NCBI GenBank assembly: GCA_977030845.1
Contig: OZ365109.1
Coordinates: 56,792,001 to 56,856,000 of the forward strand
Direction of reading: 5' to 3'
DNA from: Fimbriosthenelais zetlandica
Lineage: Eukaryota
DNA: 64,000 nucleotides
Notes under the pieces: model-generated
The model's input: only the letters and a program-made list of their open reading frames with translations
Database searches by the model: none
Told to the model about the DNA's origin: nothing
In this document: positions 36,116 through 47,500 of the stretch, one piece after another
Layout: each line of letters begins with the position of its first letter
How positions within the stretch are numbered: position 1 is the stretch's first letter
Position numbers and translations under genes: made by a program

Positions 36116-39100
36116 TAACTGCATCAAAGTTACTTTAAAAAGACGAAAGACCAAGCAGGGATATTAAACAGACAAATGATTCCCATTGTTAGAAGTGATA
36201 TGAGCAAAGACAGATAGGGAATATCCAAATACGTTTTTGATTCGTCTGGATTGAATTAGGACTTGCACCGCCTTCAGGAGGGCATTTTGTATCATATCCA
36301 CAATATATGATCATATCAACATTGGCAGTGGAATCTCGGTCCCAGCAGGTACTTCTTTCTAACCCACCCGACCTACGCACTCACTTGCTCATCTCTACTC
36401 ATCCATTCGTCCATGAGCAACTCACACATAGTAACAGTGCCCAAAATATTTTATTCATAGCTTGGGACCATGTGTCTATGTCAGTTATTCTTACCACTTC
36501 CGTTATCGCATCATAAAACAAGGGTTGCTATATGCACCAATGCGGGCAAGACATCCGGAATTATGTGAAATATGATGATGTTTGGATATTTTATGATTAT
36601 TTCGTCCCCGGACGCTCAGGGACATCAATCCACTTGTAAGTTGTAAATGTATCTGCCATCTTTGCACCTTGGATTCCAATATCAGGGTATGGCTTCATGG
36701 GTTGGCATGAAAAAAGGCACCTCTGACTTTCATTAGTACACGGTTGTGGGTTTTTGTTTACATATAGACCAATTACTAAATGTTATAGAAATGTCTAGGG
36801 TCTGTATAGAGACGCGCCTCTATGGGATTGGATTGTTGTTTGTAAATAAAGAAGTAGGAATATAAATACATTGAAAATGAAAGACAGGCATGGGAATAGA
36901 ACCCGGGCCGCCAGGTTGGCAGTCGTGCTTGTGGGCACGCCGCACGGGGCATTACAGATGTGAAAGCTATAGTATGAGTGAATGAGCAAGATTGTTTTTG
37001 ATTTTCTGGCTGGTCACTTTCAATAATTTATCAGTTATGAATGGAATTGTTTAGCAAGCAAATATCATAGACTCGGTATCCACGATCATGCACATATTGA
37101 ACCATTCCTGAGGTCCAATTACCTTCAATTAAAACGTCCACAAAATGTCCTTGTTGAAATTTCGGGAGATAGGAAGAAGCCATTTCTAGTATAGTGTTTT
37201 GTAGAATAAACCTTGAGAAGTTTGAGTAGCCTGCAGAGAAGACGAAATCAAAGTGAAGAACTAGTAGAGAAGTGGTAGTGACTGGTGGAGGAGTGGTCGT
37301 GACCTTACTTGGGTCGCGTTATTTTTACAGTATTACATAAATCCAAGTCAATTGACCAATGCAGTTGGATCGGTAGCTTCTGGCTTGAAGCATATATATA
37401 ATTAGAATGGTCCAAGGCACACACAATAGGATTACAACTATGGGGTCAATTGGCAATATAGCAGGGAAATGGACAAATATACGATTTATTCATATAAAAT
37501 GGGTATAAATTTAATAAATAAAGACATATTCAGATAGAAAATAGTCAGTACCGTGTACTAAAGGCAAACACTCCAGCCAGGGCTGTCGTGTTTTATCGCC
37601 TACATTGAATATGATAGGCCTAAACTTAGGCCTACTCATAATTATGATCATGATGCCATATATATGCCCTAGAGGGGATCCGAATCTGTCAAGATTCTAC
37701 ACTCTGTCTTATGGGATATAAGATCCTACTCTGTATGGAGTGGGGAAGGAGTTGGCAGCCTCAAGGAAACGATTCACTTGGCTTGTTAGCATGCCCTCTT
37801 GAGTCTTCCTGACAGTTGATGGGTGTCAAGGGAGGAGATCTTACCTTGCCTCGGTTGCCCGATCATTTCACGGGCCCGCCCTCTTGCTGGCAAACCAGCC
37901 ACTGTGACTCACTCCCCTTGGATTGTTTTAACGAGTCCGTTGAGGTCATAATTGCAAGTTCAACGCATCCATCATCCAATCAAATCAGTAGACCGTCGTT
38001 AACCTAAGGCCATTGGCGGTCCAGCAAAAGATCTGCATCAATTGATCTTCACCTTTTTCATGTTTTATATGACAAAAGTGTGAAAAAAGAGCAATATTCT
38101 ACGCATCGGTGGATCTAAATTTTCTAAAGGCTGCTACTTTCAATAAGAATAAGGATTTATTATGTTCTCTGTATGCAGATTGAACTTTATCTATTCAAGA
38201 AACTCCCTCTTTTGTTTTTCACCCATCTTTTAGCCACTGATTAAAAGAGTGACACGATGAGCAAAACTCATCAGAGTTAGCAGTCAGTGTGGCCACAAGA
38301 TGGCACAGATGATTAATATGGATCCCTAGGGGATCAAGAGAGAAAATTCAATCATTGATAACAACCTCCGAGGCGCACACACATCCTCCCTGACCTTAAT
38401 TACCGGCCACTCTGATGGTCATTTGATCACCAAACTCACATTTCTAGGCAGATTACTGTCGCTCCTTCTAACAATTCTGATCTTGAAATCATGATGCTTC
38501 TCCCCTCATCCCCTTACTCAGTCTCAGTTAGTCCTACCTCTCATGTGTCTCTTATTGTTCAAGCATGTATCCCTCTGAGTACTCCCCAGGCTGAAGTTCA
38601 CCTCTCAGCATTACCTACTTAGTGATTCCGGAGAGGGATCGGAGAGGACCTTCTCCCATCTCGATACCCCTCCACCAACACCAGCCATTTGTCACGGCCC
38701 CAACAAGCTTGTCAAGATGGTTCATGATATCCAGCAAGGCATCAAACCAATGGGACCCATGGGCCACCTGCAGCTTAAAAAAGGCCACTCAGGCCGCTCA
38801 CCCAGCCCCAGTTCATATCGCCAACATGATCAATATTCTCCCCAGGCACAGTAACAACTTTTTACCATAAACTACCTATACTTATCGAGATTTTTTCAGG
38901 AATTTCCGGTTTTCATGTCCTGGTATATATTTTCGCTTTCATAGTATTATATGATAGGCCTATCGGGGAATAAATCGCCGATATCTCCTTTCAAATTCAA
39001 TACTGGAGACTCAGTTGGAGAGGACATATAGTTGGGACAAGCTTCTGACAGCATAATTGTTTACAATTAATTATTCCTATTGTAGGTCTACTTCCTATAT

Positions 39101-39686
39101 ACACTTTATGTATGGTATAAATATGGTAAACACGCTTGGTAAACATGGCAATTATATCAATATTATTGGTATACATACATGTAGCTTACTCCAGGCAATT
39201 ACTCCACGCCTCAATAACCGTCACCCCCCCCCCAACCCTAACCCCCATCCCAACCTCTCGGATCCTCCTCGGCTAAATGGAGACCGTATGGTCAGTTATA
39301 GCATGATGTAGCACTCTGTGTAGGATTAATTATCGCATCTATCCTCGCCCAGCCATGTAGAAATAACCGGTTATTTAATGAATAACTCGGTGATGAATGA
39401 AGGCAGACTGGCGGGAATCAATGCCAAGCAATTCTGTCATATAAAGATCTAATCAGAGATTGTTCATATTGAGGTGAAACCTCTTCCTGCCTCTACCGGT
39501 TACATCAGCCACTAAAATAAGCCCAGGTGACCCCAGTGGGACAGGTTGGTCGTATTAGAGATCAATTTCATTGATGTGGGCACTCTTCGATCGCAATCAC
39601 TGTCCTGATTTAGACTATGCTGTATGATCTATAGTTGGACCAGTGTGAGTAGTATAGGAGAGTTGTCTCATGCCGCGCACATGTAG

Positions 39687-39740
39687 TTCCGGAAGTGAGA
39701 TGACGTGAGATGACGTTGGAGACTGAGCATGACGTACGTC
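39687..39740. promoter_or_regulatory. ETS plus triple CRE-like cluster
   Basis: TTCCGGAAGT, tandem GAGATGACGT x2 (39697-39716), TGACGT at 39730 and palindrome GACGTACGTC. Confidence 0.35.
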
Positions 39741-40650
39741 TCCCTGATGTATCACTCCGCCAATAGTTATGACATGTGATGTTCCAAGTCAATGGAGGTG
39801 TAGGGCGCGAGGGGGACGAGGGAAGATTTATCTCTGGTGTTTGGCGTTGAATTAATTCAGACACGGATAATGGGGAGGCTCGCACCCAGACCTCACACAC
39901 GATAAGTGGGGCGTACAGCGACAGTGAAAGATTGGGCCAATATCGCCAATCGCAAGGCAGGCTGTCCGCTTGAATCTTCATTGATGAACGATAAAGAAAT
40001 AAGGTCCCCTTTCTCTGCTTGGTTGCTCAGGCGCTGGACAGGAAGGATGGGACGGGAAGGAAGGGGGAAAGTATGGATAACAGCAAGGAAGAGGTGAAGA
40101 GGGGAAGTAATAGTGGGCATGGAGGGGTGACCATCGGTGACCAGCCGGCCAAAGCTCTCCCCTAAAATGGCCATCGTTGATCAACAAGACGAGAGATAAA
40201 TCTTGACGCCTTATCTCTAGGTTCATCAAAACCCCGCCATGCGAGAAGCACCGATGGAATGAAAATAAGAAACTAATGTCATCTTCTTCCTTGATTATAA
40301 ATTGGTTATTAGGCAGCGTGAATACATTAATTCTGTCTCGGGTACTTTCTAATGTCATTCTGGCATGCAGGTCCTTAGCCGTGATAAATCAAATGTTATC
40401 ATCTCAGAAATTTGCTGAGCAATATTGTTATAATTACTGGGCGGGCTAATGGTCCATTCCATGCGCGTTAATATTCCATGCAACATTTTCATGGCCGACA
40501 GGCATATAAGATAACTTTAATTAATAGAAAAACATAGGTGCCTAGAACATGTAGATGCAGATAGTGCAGAGATAGAGGTGATTACTCCCATCTCGTTCTG
40601 TTGTCTTATGCCATGCTGCTATGCTACAAGAGAAATGTCATTAATTTCAC

Positions 40651-40690
40651 TTCTTCCGGCACTGTAGCCGCCATTTTGAATGAGACGTCA
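40651..40690 (-). promoter_or_regulatory. YY1/ETS/CRE housekeeping-type promoter signature
   Basis: GCCGCCATTTTG at 40667-40678, CTTCCGG at 40653 and GACGTCA at 40684. Confidence 0.3.
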
Positions 40691-42125
40691 TGCTCGTCTC
40701 TGGAATTCTCTTCCAACTTCCGTTTGGGTAGCTACACAGATCACGCGGCGATCAGGTTAAATCTTGGCCATATACAACCATTGTTTAACCATATAGGCCT
40801 ACAACCATTGTATAGCAACAAGGATATTAATGCTAATGCTATTGTCTTTATGAGGCTTATAGAAATCAATGGCACCGCCCAAAACAACACTCCAAAACAA
40901 ACATGGTATCGGTATTGTGCCTAAATGTAATGATGCGTGTGAGTCCATGCTCTCGGAGGACATATTATCTCTGGTGTGAAAATAGCAATTCAAATTTCCT
41001 GAAGCAAACAACTACTGTACTTTTTTTAACTTATAGGCCCTACTTGAAGCTCCCTGTAGAGATTTGTTGGATACATCCTGCAAATAATATGTATACATAT
41101 AGCCTATATAGCTCATGAATAAACTCATGAAGTCAATAAAAGTTAATGTGCAGTAATTGCAAATCTATATGTATGCATACTTCATTATTATGTACATAAT
41201 TATAATTATGAAGGTTGAACTCTATTTAAAATGATTAACTTAACAGTTATTTACGCCTTTCTATTTGAACTTTTGACCTCTTGTCTTCCCTCCTCTTCAG
41301 ATTTCTATTAGTGCATTGTCGATATATATTGAAGGAATACTTTAAATTGTCATTCAATCGACGAGGTGTGCGATTGAATTTAAATGGCCACTTACAACAG
41401 CTTTGTGGTTAAAAGGGTCGGCGTTGACAGACTGAAGTCAGATTGGCAGTAAGGTACGGCTTCTGCTTCACTGACACTGAATTTGTGTCACTTTAAATTG
41501 GATGCGATGCTCGGTTACGTAATACCTTATACATAGGAAAATAACTATGCAGATCTCCAGCCTGGGTAATCAAAGTCTTAAACAAATTTGGGATTTGCGA
41601 GTCTTTGAAGCAAAGAGTGAGTATAGACAAGAGTGACAAGGGTAAGATTGGATCTAAAGGAATGGTAGCCCGGGGCAAATAATCGGAGTAAAAAGGAGAT
41701 TTCAAAGAATCAATGTATATAGCAAAGAGGGCTAAGACTTACACCTGTACCGTTCATAATAATTATAATGATATAAGAATTTCTTCTTTTTTTCTTTTTT
41801 TTTTACCAATGATTGCATGATTGCATAATTATATATGTGGCTATTTAAACATGTTTAGGCCTACTACACATAGACCAGAAATAGATCCATAACAAACTCT
41901 AAAATGTGTGCAAATAAAGAGCTTATTTGGTATACTTGGTACACATAATTTGCAGTTTTATAAAGGGAATTTCTCTTTAAAAAGAAATCATTTTTTCAGC
42001 ACATCCGCGTTCTCATCCCTAACATTATACTCTAAGTGCACTATTTGTCATTCATTTCATTGTGGCCTCTTTAAAAGATATATTGGAATTGTGGTAAAAA
42101 GTGGAAAGTTTGCTGAATGACTATA

Positions 42126-44543
42126 CACTGTTAAAAATCCAAAATGTTCAACAGTCTGGCGCCGTCCATACCTAATATAATATTTGCTCAGATGGCGACA
42201 CTACCCTGTCGCCGTCCAGCCTACTCCTGAACAGCATGCCACCGTTTGCGTAAAGCTTCAGAAATGCCGCCGTCCGACCGCTGATATTTCCATTGTCTAC
42301 CTCACCAATACACATCATACCACCCCGGGGGGCTATACACCCCTAGCCACCCTCTAACATTTAGAGTCCTAACTACCCACTAGTAACACCTAGGGTGTAT
42401 CAGACAAGATAAGGAATAAGGCCTGCAAATATTATGATTATACCTGAAGAAATTAATTATGAGACAAGGGGATGTATATTTGAGAAAAATAATCTCTCTT
42501 TGAATGTATATGAAAAGTTAAATATTTTAGAAAGAATTGAATTAACTTCAGAGAACAAAAATTTTTAAATTTGTTCTGGTTACCATGGAAACCATGACAT
42601 CGCATTGAATTTTGAGATTTTAAATTTTGTTTAACAATTTTACCTTATTTGTAAATAAGCAACCGGGAATTATAAAGTAGGCCTAAAGTTACATATGTAT
42701 AATAGCCTATAGTGTTAATGCACACAGGTCCCAAGTACAGTAAAATTTCAATAAAATCTATGACTTGAAGATTCCTTCTGCTACTCAGAAATTAACGTAA
42801 CCAACAGTTATAAAGGCATGTATAAACATGTCGTTTCGTGGTGGTCAAATTTGGTCACGCTTAAGTGACCACCACCTACTAACACCTCTGACTGGAGGAG
42901 GGTGATGGGTCTTAGGCATTAGGCGGGTAGGAGAAGTCCTACCAGTGGCCTTCACTGCAGTGAGGGAGAGAGGGAGGTCAGTTTCCCGTCAACTTTGAAA
43001 GAGGGAAGACATGCTTGACATGCTTCATTCATACGCAATGGTAAGCAGAATCCTTCACCATGTTTTCAACCGCTTATTATCTTGGGTTTTGTAATACCAA
43101 TAATAAAAGCCGACATGATTAAACATTACGTTTGTACATTGTTTCATCCTAATTTGATTATCATTTATCTTGCAGATTCAATATCTCATGACATATTCGG
43201 TGGAAGTTCGACAGGCCCCGGATTTTGGTATGTAATATTATTTATAATTGCTAAGTGGCGCAAATGGTCGCTCACAGTCATCTTCATTTTTCAGGAAACC
43301 TGTGAATTACAACTTATATTATTAACATGCCTGTTGGATTTAAAGTCCCTATTTCACACATTTTTGTCGATAGTGTGGCTTTGTGGACGCCAGTTTGCGC
43401 TAAAACAATTGGCCAGTCTACAATATATAACCTTATATTCATTATTGTATTTTTCAGACATTAGCCTACGCGTCAGAGATTCGGATTTCAGGTTGAGAAG
43501 CTTCCATAACTGTTTTAAAAGAGGTGAGATTTGCACAAATAATAAAAGGTATCATTTTTAAAATATAATATATTCAGTTATGTCTTAGCCTGCATCTCGC
43601 ATTATCTACCTCGCACAATTATAGTACATGTATACGTTTATTTACAGACTTCGTGTAGGCATGGACAACAATAGACCCACATATAGCCACACTAATCCGC
43701 CTATTGTCTCTGCCCCGCCACATCCCTCCACCTGGGCGGACGTGGCGGGCAGAGTCTTCAAAGGGGGGATTATAATTCTTAAAGTTTGAAACATTTATTT
43801 GTTGCACTAGTAATGATGTGACATTCTCAATAATGATATTGTTTCAAAAGTGTGCAAAACAGTTGAATATATATGCTTTTTTCACTTTAAGATAGGGGGA
43901 AGTGGGGTTGATTGATTCCCAAAATCTACTTAAATTTAGACAGAACTTGCAAACTTTTGAGATGGCGCTTAATGGAGATAAATTTTGATTTAAAATATTT
44001 CTTTTTTACTGCTTACACAATTTCATTTATTTTCAGGAAGAGAGAGCGAGAGAGTTATAACAACACATGGCTCATTTGGTTCAGGAATGTCATGCCACGT
44101 CTCCAAAGGCCAAGTCAACACTTCAATTGATGATCTCTATAATTATTGTTTAATAAAAGTTGGGGGAATAGGGGTGGGTTGGGAGGCGGGGCGGGTATAG
44201 TGGATGGGGGGACCGGGGCGGGGGCGGGGGTGGGGGTGGGGGTAGAGGCTCATATTATGGACCAATCAGGGTGGGGGTAGTGGCTCATATTATGGACCAA
44301 TCAGGGGCCGGGTTTCATGTGGCGCTCAGTGTGGTAAAGGGATTAGTGGGGACGGCGCGCTGTTGTAAAAGCTTAAGCCACGAACAGCGGCACGTTGTTT
44401 CAGTGTGCGACTGTGCGGCGACGCATAGACGGCGGGAATTAATGCGCTCTGACGGCGCGCGTCGCAATCCCGAAAAACCCGCCGCCTGGACATGCTCTGA
44501 ATATTGTCCAGACCATGACAGGCTGTTAGGATTATTAACAGTG
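42126..44543. mobile_element. TA-flanked CACTG...CAGTG element (CMC/EnSpm-like, non-autonomous, 2418 bp) carrying spliced cargo
   Basis: The TIR CACTGTTAAAAATCC matches the reverse complement CACTGTTAATAATCC at 14/15 positions, with TA on both flanks. Three subterminal CGCCGTC at the left (42160, 42210, 42268) are mirrored by three GACGGCG at the right (44351, 44428, 44451). The interior is C-rich at the left and G-rich at the right. Confidence 0.75.
43011..43658 (+). other. Candidate spliced micro-ORF or lncRNA: exons 43011-43040, 43176-43227, 43458-43523, 43648-43658 (52 aa)
   Basis: Donors GTAAGC, GTATGT and GTGAGA. Pyrimidine-rich acceptors TTATCTTGCAG, GTATTTTTCAG and TTATTTACAG. Introns of 135, 230 and 124 nt. 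Phases 0/1/1 give MLDMLHSYAMIQYLMTYSVEVRQAPDFDISLRVRDSDFRLRSFHNCFKRDFV. No homology recognised. Confidence 0.4.
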
Positions 44544-47500
44544 TAATATTTACTGAAATCTTCAGCTCTTCAATATTTACCCCCTCTTCTCCCGGACACA
44601 GAAAATAACGGTTATTCTATTCTGTCGGGGTTGGGGGAGAGTATATTGTTCTTTTCACCTCTCAAGTATATTGAACTAGGACCTCCTTTCACATAAACTT
44701 TCTCATGATAAATAAAGTGAAGACACCCATATCATACTTGCTGTCTTGAAGTCAACACACGGGCGTGATGTTCTCCACCTTGGTGATCTACCAAATATAA
44801 AACATTGCACCTAAAGCTTGTATATATTGCAGAAATATTGTGGGAGTTGCGCTGTCAAATACTTCATATATTTAGAAATGAACCTATAGGAAACATACAG
44901 AATCAAGAATTAACGTGTCTCTCAATAACAGTCAAAATATTTTGAAATGCTTCTGGAGTATAAATACATTCTGTATTCGTAACTAAGTATAAATTGATAT
45001 TTAATTAACAATTGAAATTAGGACAAAGATAAGTTAATTTTGATATAAGGGTTTTTGGTTAACTAGTGAACCAAAGGATCTAGTTTTAACAAGAGATTTT
45101 GTTTGACACAATGCTTAAAGCAACTGCTACCTTTGGAAATCCAGACTTCAAAGCCAGCAGGTTGTAAATGGACGGGGTTAGGTGGAGGGATATCCGGATA
45201 GTAACCCTACTTAAAGAGTCAGAGAAAGAGCTCATCTTGGCCTCATCAAGTCTTATTGTGGCAGTCTACCTGCTTTTATCTGGAATTCAATGCATCCAGA
45301 GACTTGGCGATTCCCAATGAAAACAAGGCCACACGATCCAAGGAGCTCTGAGGCTGAAAAATTGTAAAGCCAAAGGATAGGCGGATTGATTCCTGTGTTC
45401 AGTACTTGAGTCTGGTAGTGAATAGAGAATGGTTAATCGCTAAGGACAATCGTGAATAATTTCGTCTTTCAGCGGATAAGCTTCTTTGACTTCCGAGGGC
45501 CCAATTACCTGAGTCATATTGCATAATTATGCCTGTAAGCAATTTGCAATTCGGAGATCACAAATATTCTAGATAAGCTTCACATCATAGAGGAAAGGTA
45601 AGTCTAAATAAAAATACAGAAACATGAAGAAAATCTCCATTATTTTACAGAAGCAGAATAACTAGATTCCCTGGACTATAGCATGTGGCCATCTAATAGC
45701 AACTTTGACTCTTACTCAACACGCCTGGGTGTTCACGTGACTAAGAGGTACCTTCTGTTGGTTACTGATCACTAATGGAGCTAATTCCCGGAAGAGAGCG
45801 CGCCTTTCTGGCAGGGGAGTAAAGTGTCACTTGTCGCGCAGGAATACACACATCACAGCTCTATGACCCTAATGAGATCCCTGTACGCCCTCTACCGCTC
45901 TCTGCAGAATTAAACCTACTTTCTCAATCAGTCTCTGAGCTATGATGGAAGTCACCTTTTCTATGGAGGAAGTTCTCGCGTGAGGAGTTGCCCCTGTGAA
46001 AATGACCCCGGATCCCAGCCCTACTTTTGCATGCCACCTGCGCCGGAAGTTGGCCAGCCTCTGAAGGTGTCGCGCGCACGTCGTCTCTACCATCCTTCCG
46101 CCAAGAATCAAGAAACCGGACAAGGCGATCTTTTATCATCGATGGATGTCGCGTCAAAAAGTACACCTGCTTCCAGTGTTTCCCCTTGTATTGATCTGTG
46201 ACCTCACACATTCCAGCTCCTTAGTTTCACACACCTGCCTGGCAAAAATCATCAGGCCCTTTCTTCCTCCTCCCTCCTATCTTATTTGCTTGCATGGATG
46301 GAAATCGGAAGGGCGCCACAATGCGCCATACTATAGTCCACATTATGCTGGCTCAACGTGAAGAGACCAGTCCCAGACGTGCCTAGATCGCCATCAATAA
46401 TTATTATATATTTAGTAAATTATATTTGTTATTTTGTGATCTAGGTAGACCTAATGGAAATTCAAAATTTATAATATTATAGGCCTATAAGATTACCCGG
46501 TATTATTTCAATTCTAGATATATACCGTGTTGATTTGATGTTTTGGCTATATTATACATATGTAGGCTATACGTAGAAGTTTGAAGAGTTGGCCAGGTCT
46601 ATCAGTGTATCCAACACTTAATAGATATCTACCTTGAATTGGAGCTAACTGGCCAGGTTGAGTGGAGTTAAACTGATTGACTCTGAAATTAATGGTTCTT
46701 CAGATATCTCTCTCGTATCTACGGGTCCCAAATTCGCCACTCAAGTATGATCATGTGCACGTTAAAAGCATAAGTACACATAAGTGGTTATAAATAGCTC
46801 CCCCTTGTCTCCGGTCTGACTTAGTGACTATTTAAAATCTCCTCTGGATGGCATGGTCTCTATAAAGATAGGTTTAATCGGCTGGCCGTTTTCTGGATAC
46901 ATACTATACAATTCAAAAGGTCACCAAGCTGTCTGCCAGCATCACCAAGGGCATAGGTCAGGGGGAACCAATCAGAGATCCCTTTTATACGGGCCGCTGT
47001 ATGAAACCATATCCCTTCATTTGATTTACAGCAGATTCAGCTTCAAAGGCAGTGATGATTTTGATAGAAACCTGGAAGATTTTAAAAAAACTAATATATA
47101 ACATTATATGCCTTCCCTTCTTTGGCCAATGTGATTGTCTATGGCGTGTATGCACATGTGTAACTTGATTAACTGAAAATCATGAAAATGTTCAAAATGC
47201 ACAGCAGGTGGGAACGAAAATTAAGACATATATATATAGGAATTATTACCATACAATTTAAATGACGGTGTTCCATCATATCACCCTTCCAAATACCATA
47301 TGAAATGCAAAGATGATCAAGGTCCCATTTCTAAGGGACTCTAAAAGGCAAAATATGTAATTCAATAGTTCTTAGCTTGCTGTATGTGTATTCCCTTTGT
47401 TCATTACAAACCCCCATCTCTCAAATCAATCCGCCGGGAGCCCCGAGGGCACCCAACTGGAGCTGTATTCATTTACCTTCCGTCTAAGCAACTAAAGATC

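Noticed and set aside
36893-36930. Second tRNA-like segment on the minus strand (GCGGCCCGGGTTCTATTCCC)
   Set aside because: Only a degenerate B box and T arm. No A box or cloverleaf, so at most an old SINE scrap.
39225-39250. Interstitial telomere
   Set aside because: Fewer than two CCCTAA units. Better explained as part of a dispersed repeat.
43082-43561. 159-aa ORF from the track as a continuous CDS
   Set aside because: It begins at a non-ATG codon, runs through AT-rich intron-like sequence with clear splice signals, and has no recognisable domain.
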